A DNA stretch of 64,000 nt from Chrysomallon squamiferum (taxonomy: Eukaryota > Animalia > Mollusca). A model generated the notes under the pieces. It saw nothing but the letters and a program-made list of their open reading frames with translations. It had not been told where the DNA came from and searched no databases. The stretch's first letter is position 1; the number at the start of each line of letters is the position of its first letter. Shown here piece after piece: positions 22,854 to 63,592 of the stretch. Made by a program: the position numbers and the translations under genes. Location: NCBI GenBank assembly GCA_012295275.1, contig CM022672.1:7936001-8000000 (forward strand), given 5' to 3'.

Positions 22854-24005
22854 GTAAGATGTTGCTGCTGTAGTAATTCATTTTAGTTTTTTTTACTCGC
22901 AAAACGGTGTGACAAAGAATAACATTTTTTTTTTTTTCTTAATCACATTAGCTTATTTTGTCGCTTGCTGTGGTATTCGTAATACAAAATTTACTGGGGT
23001 ATGACTGAAGGCAAACAGACTGAAAAAAACCCCAAAACATGTTAGCAAAATAGTAACTGTGCCAGTAAGACGTTAGAGTGAGAGAACAAAGGAAGGAGGA
23101 AAGAATAACATGGAAGGTTAAAGAGAAAGCACTTGTAAGAAGGAAGTCAGCTGTATTTTGATGTGTTAATGAATCTCATTGTTTGACGTCTGTTTAGCGC
23201 GTCAGTAATCATCACTGAATCGACCTGTGTAGAGATACAACTTTTATTGCTTTTAGATAAAATAAAGACACAAAGAATAGAGAAAAATAGACATGTACGT
23301 ATAAACATATATACATACACACATACATACATACATACATACATCTATTTATGTATGGATATATCTATGTATTGTATGTGTGTATGTATGTATGTATTTA
23401 TGTGAGTGTGTATGTATATGAACAAATATACATAAACACAACATACATACTTACGTATGTACGTGTATAATACATATACATATACAATACATAGATATAA
23501 ATCATACATAAATAGATGTAGGTGTATAAATGTGTTTAAATGGACTTATGTATGCATATATATATACGTGTGTGTATGTGTGTGTGTATGTATGTATGTA
23601 TGTATGTATGTGTGTGTATATGTATATGTATAAACATTCAAGCACATAAATTCACACAGATGGTCAGACAGATAAAGGGATGAACAAGATGGTAACACAA
23701 AGAAAATTAAAAAAAAAGATTAAAAAAAAAAAAATAAGTATAAAAAAAATCAAGGTAACAGCAATATGATACATCACTCACCTCTAGGCGTATGTTGAAA
23801 ATATGTTTCCTCGAGTAGTTTACTGCTGTGAAAGTTTTAATATTTAATCTGATGTGTCAATATATGCTCTGAAATCTTTCCTGGTTTTGAATGATTAAAG
23901 GCTACTAATTATCTGAATTAATAAATAGCATTAAATATTTATTTCGTTGTGTAAGATACTTATTGATATGCTAAACTGAAACATACAAATAACTACATAT
24001 TGAAC

Positions 24006-24074
<69 letters not shown>

Positions 24075-24420
24075 GCTTGAAATTGATTTATTGATTTTTG
24101 ATTTATATATTTCTTACTTTCACACTGTAATTATGTCAAACACTATAAGACATAAAAACTGTTAATAGATCGAAACTGTCATCGAAAAGACTATTGGATA
24201 CGTTAATGTTTTAAGATGGTGTGATTGTTGCCAGGATACTTTCAGTTCAATTGTCACAGAAATCATAAATAGTTTTATTTTTATTCAGACATGTCACTGC
24301 TTGTGTATTTATATATTTATTATATTAGAACAAAACATTAATTCTACACTGATATATCTATTTTTGTTGAAATTATTATTAATAATAATAATAAAAATAA
24401 TAAAACCCCGACAAAATCCA

Positions 24421-24503
<83 letters not shown>

Positions 24504-27488
24504 TCTTTCCTGTCGTTCTCTCGAACTCTCGTTTCAGTTAATCATCGTACCTAGCTTGCATTGCAAATAATCAAACAAAATATCCGATTACAAACACGAA
24601 CAACAATGATGATTTACTTTTAAATACCTCAGAGAAATATAACACGCAGAATATTTACAAATAAAAGCTATTTTGCAGTGAAACAGTTCATATTATAATT
24701 AATATTATGTTGAATTTAATAATTCTCAGTTAAACATTTTCTCTACTTTAGTAAATATTACGAACTTCAAACGTAATATAAAATTTATTACCAGGCTCAT
24801 TAAGAATGCATTTATTATTGATTCCATTTTTTTAAATTTAATTTTTTTTTTTTATGTCAACAATGGTATTTTAACTAGAAATAAAACTGAAACCCAAATT
24901 ACTTAGACAAAAAAAAAAAAAAAAAAAAAAAAAAGCTTTGTTAAGCTTATAAGATCCCTAAAATTTTGACAAGATTAAAAACGAAACAATATTCAGAATG
25001 TTGTAGTGACGTGTCAGAAGAATTAAAGAAAATACGGCGTGAAGATAACTAAATAAAATGATCTGCACGAAGTCTATATAATTCATTTTTATGCATTTCA
25101 ACACGTACACATTAATTATAAATCTTGCGTCTGTAATCAACCGATTCTGTCTGTAAAACTGGGCTGTCTTTGAAATATTCATAACTACAGAGCAAACAAA
25201 CACTCAGAAAGGTTCCATTAACAGCGAGTCAAATTACGTCTAGGAAAGACGTAAAGAGTTCTCCACTGACCAAGTAGTTTTATTGGCGTGCAGTTCAGCC
25301 ATTAACCGCCATTTTTTGTTTGTTCGTTTCTAAGAAAACGTTGCGTGGTTTGATTTACACAGAATCAATGTTATTGACAGTTTGTTGCTGAGGGTGAACC
25401 TCATAAAAAACATGGAAAAAAAAAAAAAATAAAAAAAATAAAACTGTATTTTTTTATTTTCTGAGCACTAAGATTATATATTATATTTATATTTCAGAAT
25501 TTTAACCCAGATCAGCGTGTAGATATCAAAATATTTGTCTGAGAATCATAACTGATTTTAATTACAGATCCAAATACTACTTTTATTATTTTTGACAGTT
25601 GTTGTTGTTACTTTTGCTATCGTTGTTGTTGATGTTATGATTAATGCTGTTGTAGCATGAGTTTCAGTACTTTCCTGCGGGCTAAACTGTTCAGTGTTTA
25701 AAACCATAAAAAGTGTTTAAAAGCGTAATTTGTCAAAAATGTTGTTGCTTAAAACTGTTCACACACATCAGTCAGACAAATGGGGTTAGTAGAATTTAAC
25801 TAAGATCAAAATAAAAGAAGAAGAGAAAGAAAACTAAAAATAAATTAAAGGACAAAACAAAGAAAGAATGAAGAAAAAAAAATGAAGAAAAGAAAAGGAA
25901 AAAAATAAAAAATAGAAAAAATGAAGAAAAAAAAAAAAAAAAAAAAAAATGTTGAAATCAAATAATAATCAGATGAGAAACAAGAAGTCTATATAACTAC
26001 ATATAGATGATGATGTTAACCAAACAGATTTAAACTCTTTCTCTCGGTACCGGACCGGTGTCGGGTTACTTTAGGTATTTCTCTGACACATTTACCAATT
26101 CTAGCCACCTACTGTTAGTTTTAGATCTGCCCTTGTTGACGAGAGATGTAAAGCACGTGTATGTTTACAGATATGTCTCTGACAGCTGGCTGAAAATCAC
26201 ATTTGTAATTAGATATTTTATATCTCTCCTGTTTCAAGAGAATATAAAAATTATCGATTTCTTGTCAATTAGTAGAGTACAGTTAGCATTTTGTACAAGT
26301 CGGTGACAGTTTCCTTATCAGATTCCGTGTGGTAAATAGAACCATATTGAGGCCAATACGTATGTAGGATCGAATCCCGTTGCCGGCTTCCACAGTATAT
26401 AACCTATGAATTGTAAAAAAAAAAAACAACAACACATTATTCAGTCTTTTCCTTAACTAATATTTAACACACAAACATTGTGGTTGATTTAAATACTGAA
26501 AGACAGGTTGGGTACCCTGATGAATGTATTTGAACTTTCAGCAGATGGAAGGTATTTCAACAGTGGAGGTGACTGGCAGTTTTTAATTAATAGCAGTAAC
26601 AATTATACTTGTGTTGTCCACGTCTCAATGTAGACTGACTAGACAGTGTCCGGTGTAGACAGTGATGGCAGTTGTGTTAGTATATGTTATTAGCTGTTCT
26701 AAGAAAGAGCCAGTTTCCATGACAACACCAGTTAATGTGTATCAGAGGTTTTGTGTGTGTGCGCGCGTGTGTGTGTGCGCGTGTGTGTGTGTATGCTTGT
26801 GAGAGAGAGAGCAAGAGAGAGAGTATGTAATGTAGGTGGAGTTACGTGAATGGATATCTTTATGTATTTGTCTATACATGCTTTTATGTATAAATATACA
26901 TATGTATGTATGTGTGTACGAATGAATATTTGTATGTATATGTTTGTGTATGAATGTATGCATGTATATTTGTGTGTATGTGTGTATGAATCTGTGTGTA
27001 TATGTGTATATGTGTGTATGTATGCATCTGTGTGTTGCCTAATTATGTATATGTGTGTATGTATATGTTGTATGTATGTATATGTATACTTGTTTTGTGT
27101 TTTATGTTAGTGTGTGTTATGTGTTTATATGTATAAGTGTATGTTCGTGTAAATAATGACCACATAATTGCGTAGTCTCGAACCTCACTCAGCACGGGTT
27201 TCACTTTGATTTATTTATTTCTAAAGAAAATATAGATTTTCAGTATCACGTATTAACAAGAATAGCGCTGTTCTTTATGTGTGCAGCTTTCCAAACAACA
27301 CGATGGTGATTCACAACGCAGTCGTGTTTCGTCACGAAGGACAGTAGAAAAGGTATTGGTTTTCAGGGATTTAAGAAAAACAATAACAGTCATGACACCT
27401 GATGTTTTTTAAACGGCTTGGTTTTATATTTTGGTGTTCATAACAAAGTTAATCGTGGTCAAGGCGATTATACGCATGTCATCTATAT

Positions 27489-27688
27489 CAGGGATTTTCA
27501 AACTGGGGTCCGCAAGTACAAGACAGGGGGTCCGTGGACAGCGAATTCTTTTTATGGGCAGTTTGATTTTATATATGTTATTTTAAGCAAATATTTATTA
27601 TAAATTTCATAAGCGTTTATAAGGGGGTCCCTAAGGTAAAGCCTGAAATATAAAGGGGTCCGCAAGTCAAAAAGTTTGAAATCCCCTG
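27489..27688. mobile_element. 200-bp non-autonomous hAT-type DNA transposon (MITE)
   Basis: TIRs CAGGGATTTTCAAACT / AGTTTGAAATCCCCTG; perfect 8-bp TSD ATCTATAT (27481-27488 and 27689-27696); internal repeated GGGGTCCG motifs. Confidence 0.88.
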
Positions 27689-27806
27689 ATCTATATAATG
27701 CAGATACAAAAAAGATGTTAGGACATAAAATAAATTTACAGACAGAATCCATTTAGTGACATTACGTGGTGCAGCACGAACTGAATTTTAGGTAAGATTT
27801 TATACA

Positions 27807-27843
<37 letters not shown>

Positions 27844-28039
27844 CTCTATCATTACGTTACGATCCGACGTCACCAGAAAAGCAATCCACGATTACGACCA
27901 TTGAATTCATATGTTGGGGGCTCTTACGTAACGATTTTTCACCTAAGTTACCAATCATTTAGAATATGATGCTGTTTCATACTTATATTATTTATTTATT
28001 TATTTTATTTTATTATTTATTTATTTTAAGTTTTTAATA

Positions 28040-29857
<1,818 letters not shown>

Positions 29858-31046
29858 TTATTAATTATTTTTTTTAACTTCGTATGGCTAGTTAAAGTGC
29901 AACAGCTGGCAACTTACATTCAGTCTATAGTGATATATATATATATAAATATTTGCCAGTCTGCTGTTGTTGTTGGTTTACACGTAGTCGTTCGATACAT
30001 TTCTTTGGTAAGTACATTTTGCTTTAAAGAGGTTTTATTGTTGTTGATTTTTATTATTATTATTTTTTTTTTTCGGTTATAATTTCCTGGACAGTTAATA
30101 ACCAGAATTGTTTTGTAATATTATTTCATTTTCTTTCTCCCATTTTTCGTTCTTTCTTTAATTATTTCGTTCATTTTCATCAAACTTTACTATGACATTA
30201 TTCACGTACCATGCTTTTAGGTTCAAGCACAGTGTTATATCAGCTCTCTCTATGCAGAGATATACGGGTATACCTGTCTTAGAGTTACTCATATACAGCA
30301 TTATATGCAATATACATTATATAACAGAGACCTTATACACTGTAAGCTTACAAAACATCATATTTTACATTTAGAATTCAAACAAAATCATGTACCAAAA
30401 TAACATAAAATTTATTCTTTTGTAAACACAAATATTGAACGAAGAAGACACTACTTTATTTACTCCGGAATTCACTATTGTTCTTTATCATTAATAAATG
30501 TAAAATATTTTTCAAAGAACTACTTAAATATTTATTCGTGTACTTTAATTAAATTATCTAGTGCAAACATTTCTCATGCACGCTTTGTTCTATAAAGTAC
30601 GTTGAGACAGGCAGATTGGCAGATCTCTCTATGAATATGAAACTACAGGTTGATATACTGCATTGTCATTTATGTTTCTTTCTTTTTCTTTCTTATTCTT
30701 CTTTTTCTTTCTTTCTTTCTTTCTTGTGTTTGAATAGATGTCTATTTATCCACAGACTTTAGTAATCGACAAATCCAAAGACTTTTTTAAAATTAATTTT
30801 ATTAATAATTCAAAAACAGGAAAATTAATCAATATAGAATAGTGGCTGAACGGGAGAAAACCCCCAATAATTTCTACAGTTTTTCTCTGTTCTTGAGTTA
30901 ACATATTTATGTATGCTTAATGCATTTTTAATATTTAATATTTATATATATATATATATATATATATGGTAATACTGTTAAACGTTATGTCTCAGGGAAA
31001 GCTTATGTTGTTAATGCTGCAGTAAAGTTCTCGAGAGTGGAGAAAG

Positions 31047-31234
<188 letters not shown>

Positions 31235-31389
31235 TTTATCTAGTTTCTAAGAAGCACAGTTTATTATCTTGTGGCCTGGGTGATTTACAGGCAAATCTAA
31301 CGATTTTCGAGCTTTTTAAATCAAAGTCAATACCACACTTGTAACACATGGTGAATGTATGTATACGATGACGTTGATTTTAAAGATTT

Positions 31390-31756
<367 letters not shown>

Positions 31757-32954
31757 TAATTATTTGAAATCAGTCTTAGATGGTATCTGTTAGTAAAGAT
31801 CTGACTGATTTCGACTTGAAACCAGATATCCAAACATCATGATAGTAATATCCTGTTTATACTTTAACATGCCGAGACATGAAATACTGCTTTTTATTAT
31901 GAACTCAGATTTAGTCATATTATTTACAGTACTGAAATTATGATTTTACTACTACCACTATAAATGCTACAGAAATAGATTTTTATTTTAAATTAAAAAT
32001 GTTTTCATGTTTGTCATGAAAGCTGTTGTGCTTTTTACTGTCTAATTATTTTTGTCACTGAGCTATACAATGCGAAAAAGAAATGGCTTTGAAATATATA
32101 AATTACATAGACTTAGCTATCACTTTCCTGCCTTTAAAATTTTCTTCAATACCTTAACGCCTGTTTATATCAAATTTCATGGTTTCTGCTAAATGTGTTC
32201 ATTCAGATTGAAATTTGTCACACATCCCCTCTGTCAAAACTCTAATTTAAAAAACAAAAATAAAAATTGGAGAGGGGTTTATCAGCAGGTAAGTATTATA
32301 ATTATGCACCTTTCCACTGGCAGGAAAAAAAAAATGCAATAGACAACAACAACAACAACAACAACAAAAAAAAATATATAGAAAACAAAAAATTAAAAAA
32401 TTAAAAAAATAAAATAAATATATGTAGTAGGGCGCTGGCTGGGACAATAAATAGTCGAATGGACTAATTGTCTTGAATCACTGTAAATACCTATGAGCAG
32501 AAGCCGCTGAAACCGCGATTCGATCCCGGTGCTAACTCCGATCATTTAAGCTCTTAATCATGGCGTCTTGTATTGCGAGTTCTCTTTCGTGTTAAATATT
32601 TCACATGACGCACGAAGTACAACGTACTTGTGTGGGTTTTTTTTTTTTTAAATTCATAATACGGGTTTACTCCTCTTCTTGTAAGTGGAAAAATTAACTT
32701 TAGTGAGTTTGTTTACTTTAGCAATACGCTGGATAAACAGTCTAACGTACTGCCTGTGTCTAAGTCTATATAAATAAGCAAAAATCTGTTTACTTATTCA
32801 ATGGGTCTTACTGAAGTTGGTAACAAAGACTTACAAACATTCAACGTATGTCTGACATAGGCAGACGTTCGAGTATAATCGAAAACAAAACGAAACTAAA
32901 GAAAGAAAGATTCCAACACAAAAAAGAACATTAAAAAAAATAAAATGCAGGCTT

Positions 32955-33125
32955 GTGTATATAATATTGTATGAACTTAAACGTGCTATATATATACAGC
33001 TGTGTATAATACTGTATGAACATAAATGTCCAGTATATAATACTGTATGAACATAAACGTGCTGTATGTAATATTATATGAACAAAAATGTACCCTGTGT
33101 AATATTGTATGAACATAAACGTGCA
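32955..33125 (+). repeat. about 32-bp minisatellite x5
   Basis: tgtataatactgtatgaacataaacgtgc-like units. Confidence 0.8.
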
Positions 33126-33759
33126 CACATACCTCCTGTATTTCTCTATAACTACTTGTTAATCAAACAAATTGTATAACCTAAATTTAAGGGCCCAGAC
33201 ACATATAAACACACACATACATATATTCTCACTCATATAAATATAAACACTCACACACACGGACCCACGCGCATATATTACATGCATACATAGAAAAATA
33301 TAAAAACACATATAAACATAAAAGGATTCGCACATGAAAGTACCGGTTTGTGTTTGTATTTTTATTGAATTTATCTAGGCCACGAGAGCAAACCTGTTGT
33401 TAAAAACCTTTACCATTGATCTGTGACAGTGTTTTGTTATTTTGCGTGGTTAATGGTAGACAAGTTTCAACTCGAACTTGCCAAGGCTTTTTATGGATTT
33501 ATTTCATTTCTGTGACTGTTAAAGTAGCCATACGCGGAAGCAGACACGTTCTCATTATTCGCTTTGACGTCGCTGTGGCAACTGATTAATAATCGCGTGA
33601 CGTGGTTGGTATAATCTGAGCAATACACACAAAGATTAATACAAAGTAATCAACACATAGTGTCCCTGATGTGGCAATTACATAAAACACACCAAGGCCG
33701 CATTTTCACCATGCAATTTATCTTACCTACTTTGAGAATACATGGTATCTACTCTCTAG

Positions 33760-33920
33760 TGAATAGGACGCTGCATATAAAAGATTGCTATGTGTTAATG
33801 AGAAAAAGTAACCCGTGAAGTTGCAGGAGCATGTTTCCTCGTTGTTATCTGAGTGATCCTTAACCTGAGGTCTGACAACAGCCGTCAATAAAATGTGTGT
33901 CGTTAGATGAAACATTTTCT
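33760..33920 (+). mobile_element. SINE-like body fragment (same family as 21570-21865)
   Basis: gcatataaaagattgct..aaaagtaacccgtgaag..tttcctc..tccttaacc..ctgac..ataaaatgtgt..cgtta..aaacatttt, collinear with the 21.7-kb copy. Confidence 0.45.
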
Positions 33921-34351
33921 TTATTAAGAATACAACGAAGAGATAACGAAGTCCTTATAATTCATGTCAGTCTAAGTAAGGCTGCATTCACACAGAACCA
34001 CTCTTTTTATCTGCTTTTTCTTACGTTACTGAAATAAAATAATGGTTGTATTTAATTTTTAATTTACGTAATCTGCTTAAAGGCCAAACAATGATAATGA
34101 TACTGGAAACGCACTGCGCTGTGTGATGAACTAATCTTTACCAGCAAGAAGTAATTTATGAGATATTTCTCATACACATAGCAAGAAGCAGCTAGTTTAT
34201 GTGATCCTACCTATTAACGGAACTTTTGATACTGTCTAACTAACAAGTAACCACAGATAAGACAATAAAAGAATAATTCAAGATACATATCTGACTATTT
34301 AACTGAAATATACTTAATGATAATTCTGTTTGTCTGTGTTCCACTTCACAG

Positions 34352-34375
34352 TGCTATTGTTACACACCGCATGAG
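34352..34375 (+). other. candidate 24-nt upstream exon of prominin A containing an in-frame ATG
   Basis: ttccacttcacag|TGCTATTGTTACACACCGCATGAG|gtaaag; ATG AG spliced to 34879 gives MSFNIWECHKKKK.. in frame with the main ORF. Confidence 0.4.
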
Positions 34376-34942
34376 GTAAAGTCTGTTATTTTTTTAAACT
34401 TCTCAAACAAAATAAATGTATTGATTTGACCTTTATAATAACTGATACAATTAGGTTTGTGACATAACTGGATGTTACCTTGACCTCTTTCCTGTCTTCT
34501 TGTTAATAAATAATGTGATCACTGAGGCGAAACAGAGTCATTTATTTTATTTGTGTAATCAATATATTTTTTTACATTCTTCTGTCAGAGATTCGTGTTA
34601 GTCACATCTCATTTGTTTTTCTTTGGGGAGCGGCAATTAAATATATTTATATAGGAGTACTAATAAGTATATCGATATTTATAGAGACAGAGAGAAAGAG
34701 AGAGACAGCGAGACAGAGGAATAGTAGGAGAGACAGTTATATACACAGAGACAAAAATATAACAAGAAAGACAGAGGTATACACATAAAGATGGAGAAAC
34801 ATATTTCTCTGTATTTGCCTATCCATTTATATTTGAATTTACATAAAAAATAACATAATTTTTGTTTTATCTTTTCAGTTTTAATATTTGGGAGTGTCAT
34901 AAAAAGAAAAAAACACCCGAAGACGACGTTTTCTACACAAAT

Positions 34943-52892
<17,950 letters not shown>

Positions 52893-54778
52893 AACCGGAA
52901 ACTGGCGTACATTAAGTCACATGATTTCCTAAAACGCTACTGTGAATCAAAAAAATGTCAATGATTTTTTTAAAGGGGATATGATTTTTCAGCTTTTGAT
53001 GAATTGTTTATATAATTTTTATTAATATATCACAAATCACTGTTCAATCCAGATAACGATGTTGGTTTACATATCAACATTAATTCTATCCGTAAAACAC
53101 AAAAATTATAAGAAATGAAATGCTTTCATTTATTTACTTTTTTATTTATTAAATTGGACGTTTCTGATTATGATAGAATTAAATGAAAGGATGAATAAAA
53201 ATGTATAATATGAAAACAAAAAATAAATAAAATAATAAAATCGATTTCAAAATAAAATATTTATTTAAAAAAAAATTAAAAAAATAAAAATTAAAAATAA
53301 CCAAAGTTTATTTCATGTTCAGTAACAAATTTCACGCACCGGTGGGTCGCAGGCTGGAAGTGTGCCTTTTTATTTCAAAATTTTATAAGAAATATTTGTT
53401 ATTTGATACCCTGAAGTCATTTACACTATAGTCCATTTCAGTTAACATAGCCTTTATTGGTGAATATCGTAGCGCTGTATGTGACATTATTTTAGATACA
53501 CGTTAAGGGACGGGCCATGTATTTTAGAAAACGGAAAGGAAAATGGACTTGCGTTTTAAAAAGTTTTATTATAAGTATGGTATGTACTAGCAAACGAAAC
53601 AGGCAATAACTCGGCATGGATACAAAATAACTGAAATAAATTGAAAAAAACAACAACAACAAACAACAAATTTAAATACTATTTACAGAAAAGAATATTT
53701 TAACTTCAAATTCAACCCTCTTGATATGTGCACCCGCTTCTGTTTAATGATTTTAAATTGTTAAAGCTACTTTTATACGAAAGTGTATTTCATCTCTATG
53801 GGTTTTTTTTTTTTTAAATTATTCACTTTTCAACTATGTGATGTAAATAGATTTATTGCCTTAAGTCAAGCGATCATTTATATACAAAAAAGGGTTTTAT
53901 GTGAAAGTTTATCAATCATATGATTTTATATATTATATGTATATCTGCAGTTTGGATTAGAAAAACATATACTTGATATTCTAATTTTGTATTTCAATGT
54001 TGCAAATATTATGCCTACACTATAAATTATTTAGAGCACAAAAAAAAATTAATCTTTGAAATATCGTATGTTCCTTGCAATACTCAGGCATATTTCAGAA
54101 TGTTCTTTTTGTCAGAAAACCTTTGAAACATGTATACCGGTAATTCACGCCCTATTGTAGTTTCTTAGCTGAATTTTCCTGTGTTGTGCTTTACAATGAT
54201 CAAGAGATAATACTGTTTGTTAAATGAGAATCTCAAACAAGACTCTGATATAATTTGATTTTTAGTTTTTCAGATGTAAATTGTAGCTGACATATAAATA
54301 CTTTAACTGAATAAGTGCAGTACAAATAGTTTTATACAGGTAATAAATATATTTATATAGATAGATACACTGAACATGATTTTAATGTGTTCACAGTCCC
54401 TTTAACTCAAACAAAGAATCTCAGTGTTTGAAACAAGTGTTAATACGTATACACTGTAACAATGAAAATCATTTTAGATTACATTTTAGAATATTATCTA
54501 AACTTTTTGTTGTAGATAGTGGTTTAGACTCACTGTTTATCTGTGTGAACCGGTGTTCTCATTCAAAGATTCTTAAATTTATATTCTTCTTCTTCTTTTT
54601 ATTCTTCTTATTACATCTATTATTAATTAATTAAAACGATTTTTACAGAGCATTATTATCAGTATAAAAAATATGCAGCCTTGATTTTGTTTCCATCTTA
54701 TTAGTATAATATGGCAGCATTGATTTAAAGCATTTTAATTTAAAATATCTATTATTATTATTGTTATTGTTGTTGTTA

Positions 54779-54828
<50 letters not shown>

Positions 54829-55763
54829 TGATATACGTGATTATTATAAACAGGTATTTCTGTTGTATGTTTTGCTTCAGTAATCAGTACTAACACTGTA
54901 CATACAACCATGTTCGCACACACACGTGCGTACATGAACTCCTGTTTTTGCCGTGCAGCAGGCAATGAATGAGGTAGTTCTCATCTTGACAGCGATCAAT
55001 ACAGTAAATCAAAAAATAAAAAATAAAACAAATAAATCGAATTGTCTATCTTTGATCTTGCGACAAATACGTACATCCGTACCGACACAGACATTCACAT
55101 ACTTAACTAAACAAATATGTAAAACAATTTAAAAACTGAAATATTCCGTCCATGCCTGAATAATGTTTTTTTTTTTGTTTTATGTTGTTGTATTAATAAA
55201 TACAAATATTGGTTACTATTGTTTGTTTCGCGATTTTTATAAATAGTCCAAAGTGCTTAAAATAATGGTGTCGGAAATTAACAGATATTTTATTTATTAA
55301 TAAAATGATCTTTTTCTTTTATATAGAAGTGTTTTTGGAATGTTTAATTTTATTTTTCTATGTGTTAACACTAACATTGTAAACTGATGCCCGTGTCTTT
55401 TGACATAAATCTGTTTTGTTTTTCTCGTTTATTGAACATTTGTATTTAGTAATAATTTATTAAATTATAATAATTATATCATTTTTATTATTTTAATATT
55501 TGTTATTCACTTAAACGATAAATGTAAATATGGTTTATTTCGGATTGTCAGAAAATAAAATTATTTTGTGGTCGCTTTTCTTTTGTATTAGTTATTATGA
55601 TAAATATATATATAGTTAAATAAATGAACGTTTATTGAAGTCCAAGCACACATACTCGCATAGAGAATACCATGATTGTCGTATTATATATATATATATA
55701 TATAGAAATTAATTACTAATAATATATATTTATTAAGATACAAATGTTAAGTAAAACAAGGGC

Positions 55764-55798
<35 letters not shown>

Positions 55799-56184
55799 CT
55801 CGAAAAAAAAAATCCTACATACAAATAAAATAATAATAAAAATATTAGAGCAAAATTTAAAAAAAAAATAATAATAAAAAAAAAAAACAAACAAACAAAC
55901 AAAAAAACAATGGAAAGAAGTTACAGCCATGCGAAAATAATGAAACTAATTAAAATTCAGCAGAAAGCACTGACTGAAAAACATTTGACTTAATAAGTGA
56001 ATTGTGTATATTTCTGAATAAGATGTGACACGTATTTCAATGTTGCAAATATTATGCCTACACTATTAATTTACGGGATGAACAACTTTTTGATTCCGTT
56101 TACTACAGTTCCATGTGACTGGGATATTTTAAAATTTTCTGCTAACTCTAATTTCATTGATAAGAACATCTTTGTAGGTCAAAC

Positions 56185-56330
56185 ACAATGACGTTGTCGC
56201 CAACAATAACCCGGAAGTTGTTGTTCTCAGTGACGTAATCTCAAAATATCTCTTGCAATATTAGTAACAATTTTGCATCTGTGTTATTTTTAAGACTGGT
56301 TGTATGGTTTGATTTACTTATTCCATAGGC
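56185..56330 (+). promoter_or_regulatory. putative promoter / 5'UTR exon of the second prominin (ETS + CRE-like motifs)
   Basis: CCGGAAGT at 56211-56218, TGACGTAA at 56231-56238, TGACGT at 56189; possible donor gtatgt at 56331; acceptor before 56887. Confidence 0.4.
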
Positions 56331-56769
56331 GTATGTTAACTTTTATAATTTAACTTTCGCAGAGATGTTTCTGTTATCTACCTTTTATTGTTCCTTGTGA
56401 AAATGATTAGTTATTATTATTATTATTATTACTTCTTTTAATATTTGCATTAAATTGTTAAATTAATGTAAACAAAATGCGATGCAAAACAAAAAAGATT
56501 TTTGGAAAAAACTTTTATAAATTCTTTCATTCATTCTTTCATTCTTTCTTCTTGTTACTATTTGTTTTATTCAGCAAACTTAAAACTAAACAATAATTGT
56601 TAGTGTTACCAATGAAACGGCAGCAATGGATTTCAAACCCCACACTTTATTACACTGCATAATAATCTAAACCCAATTATAGAGTTGCAAAAAGAAAAAA
56701 GAAGAAAAAAAAGATACCCGAAAATAACAACAAGAAAAATACACACAATTAAAACAACAACTGAATAAG

Positions 56770-56809
<40 letters not shown>

Positions 56810-56921
56810 AACAGCAACAACAATTATATCTGTAAGTACATTTAGAGGGGAATATATATATATATATATATACTTTTTTTCCCCAGACTATGAAGACTGA
56901 CTATTTCGACGTTGTACTAGA

Positions 56922-63592
<6,671 letters not shown>

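Noticed and set aside
26328-26400. tRNA-like sequence (gtggtaaa..ggatcgaatcccg)
   Set aside because: No complete cloverleaf could be folded; more likely a SINE head remnant. tRNAscan-SE would decide.
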